Positions 62,322 to 64,000 of a stretch of DNA of 64,000 nt are shown piece by piece. Source of the DNA: Eledone cirrhosa (taxonomy: Eukaryota); assembly GCA_964016885.1 (NCBI GenBank), contig OZ024749.1, positions 806,001 through 870,000 on the forward strand, written 5' to 3'. Below the pieces are notes generated by a model, which was given only the letters and a program-made list of their open reading frames with translations, was not told the origin of the DNA and did not search any database. Every line of letters begins with the position of its first letter. Within the stretch, counting starts at the first letter, position 1. The position numbers were made by a program, and so were the translations under genes.

Positions 62322-64000
62322 TATACATAAATAATAACGCAGGAACTGTGGAAAGGAACCAGATGGACCATAACGCACCAGAGTACTCAATACTTAGGGT
62401 AGTAGAGTGGGTAATAAGAAAATGTTTAACCCCGACGGCAGAAGCTCAAGCCATTTCGACGGCTATTCTGAGTCCAGAAATAGCCGTCGGGGTTAAACAT
62501 TTTCCTATATAAATAATATATATATATATAAAAGGTAAACAGAAATAACAACACAATCGGTACAGAGTATGGAAAGAATATATTAGGTTATATATATATA
62601 TATGTGTGAGAAAAACCACAAACCCTCCATCTCAATTCTACTTTTGAAAAGCAGAACTGCGAAACCGGTAAAGGAACCAAATAAATATATATTTAAAAAA
62701 AAAGACTCCAGTTGCATTTTCGATTTCATCTTTTTTCCTTATATATATATATATATATATTCGGTATACAAGGATGCAATCCACTTCTACCACTCGAAGT
62801 CATATTACTTCTTGACAACAAGGATGATGGAGTATATTTATAAAGAGGAAACTGCGAAGTTGAAGATTATAGAGTCCCTTATTAATTGTTGGCAGAATAA
62901 TATACAGACCATTTTCGGCTTGTGAAACTTTAAATATTTTCTATGATAAGTTATATTAACCATAGCAGTAGGTAACTTTCTCACTTTGGGGTTGATGGTC
63001 CCACCATAAATGGGTAACAGGTACGAATGCACTGAAATTCTGCTGGTCATCAAAGCTAGCAGTGAAAAGATTTGACTGGTTTGAACTCCTACTGACCGTA
63101 TGGGGTTGTCGGAGAGAACAAATAACGGCGGTGGCTGAGTGGTCAGCCAACCACACGTCTGTGCAGGGCTGTCAGGATGTTCTGTAAGTTAGAAGGGAGC
63201 AGACACCCAAAGCAAAAACATACATTTTTTAGTCCGCTCCCTTCCACCCAGGGTTGCCTCGGAAATGTTACCTTTTAACCAACTTTTGCTGTCTACAGAA
63301 ATCATGTTATCTATCGTCATGGAAATATGTATAACAGCTCAATTAATAAGGGACTCTAACATCTTCAACTTCGCAGTTTCCTCTTTATAAATATATATAT
63401 ATATATAAGTATGTACGTGTATCTTAACTTTGGATGCCTTTACTGTCTCTACTGTAATTCTTCATGCCTGCTTGTACCGCAAGTGCAACAAGGAGGACTT
63501 ACTTCTAAGATTTATTGCAGTAGTATCTGCAAACCTGGTCCTGACTTCCTTATCCACCAACGCTTCCCACTTCATCCTGTAGGTCGCCCTGGACACCCCA
63601 GTTTTATAGGCTTCTTTGGCTTTAGGTAGTTTCAAGTTGCAGATAACTAGATGATCAGTTAACAGCTCAGCCCTTCTCTTAATACGAACATCCAGCACAG
63701 AATCAAAGAGATCAAAGACAATAACAAAATCAATTATTGATCTCTGTCCCAGATTCTCCATGTATATTTATGGATGTCTCTGTGCTGGAAGGTGTTCATA
63801 ATAGAGAGTCCATTGCTAGAACTGAGTTCTAGTAAAGCCACTCCATTCGTATTTAGATCGGGGTCGCCATTCCTTCCAATCACTCCTTTCCATGTCAGGT
63901 GGTCAGTGCCAACATGTGCATTGAAGTCTCCCATCAAGATATATGACTCATTCTTAACTACATCTAACGCTGTATTCGGAAACTTTATTTGGAGCATAAA
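62099..64000 (-). repeat. Right outer block of inverted duplication (runs to the window edge)
   Basis: Reverse complement of 27110-29048. Confidence 0.93.

Overview
AT-rich, repeat-dominated eukaryotic DNA. The SINE families, RTE LINEs with (GAT)n tails and (TA)n tracts suggest an octopod cephalopod, which is an inference from remembered repeat sequences. The only clear host genes are two intracellular-type serpins with intronless CDSs, convergently oriented (37433-38590 + and 51181-52338 -). They lie in the arms of a large inverted segmental duplication: ~27110-39077 mirrors ~50813-64000, probably continuing beyond the window. The two CDSs are ~99% identical, but half of the differences I counted are amino-acid-changing substitutions within 12 nt of the reactive-centre loop (P3-P1' TLMC vs MAMS). 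The window also holds one apparently intact RTE retrotransposon (APE + RT with a PHD finger inserted in the RT, 98-bp 5' tandem monomers) and many decayed copies. Other mobile DNA includes relics of CR1-, R4-, CRE-, Penelope-, Gypsy-, maT-, Tigger-, hAT- and piggyBac-type elements. There are three minisatellite arrays (40, 37 and 28 bp; the last apparently grew out of a SINE), several long palindromes, and several type I hammerhead-ribozyme-like motifs.
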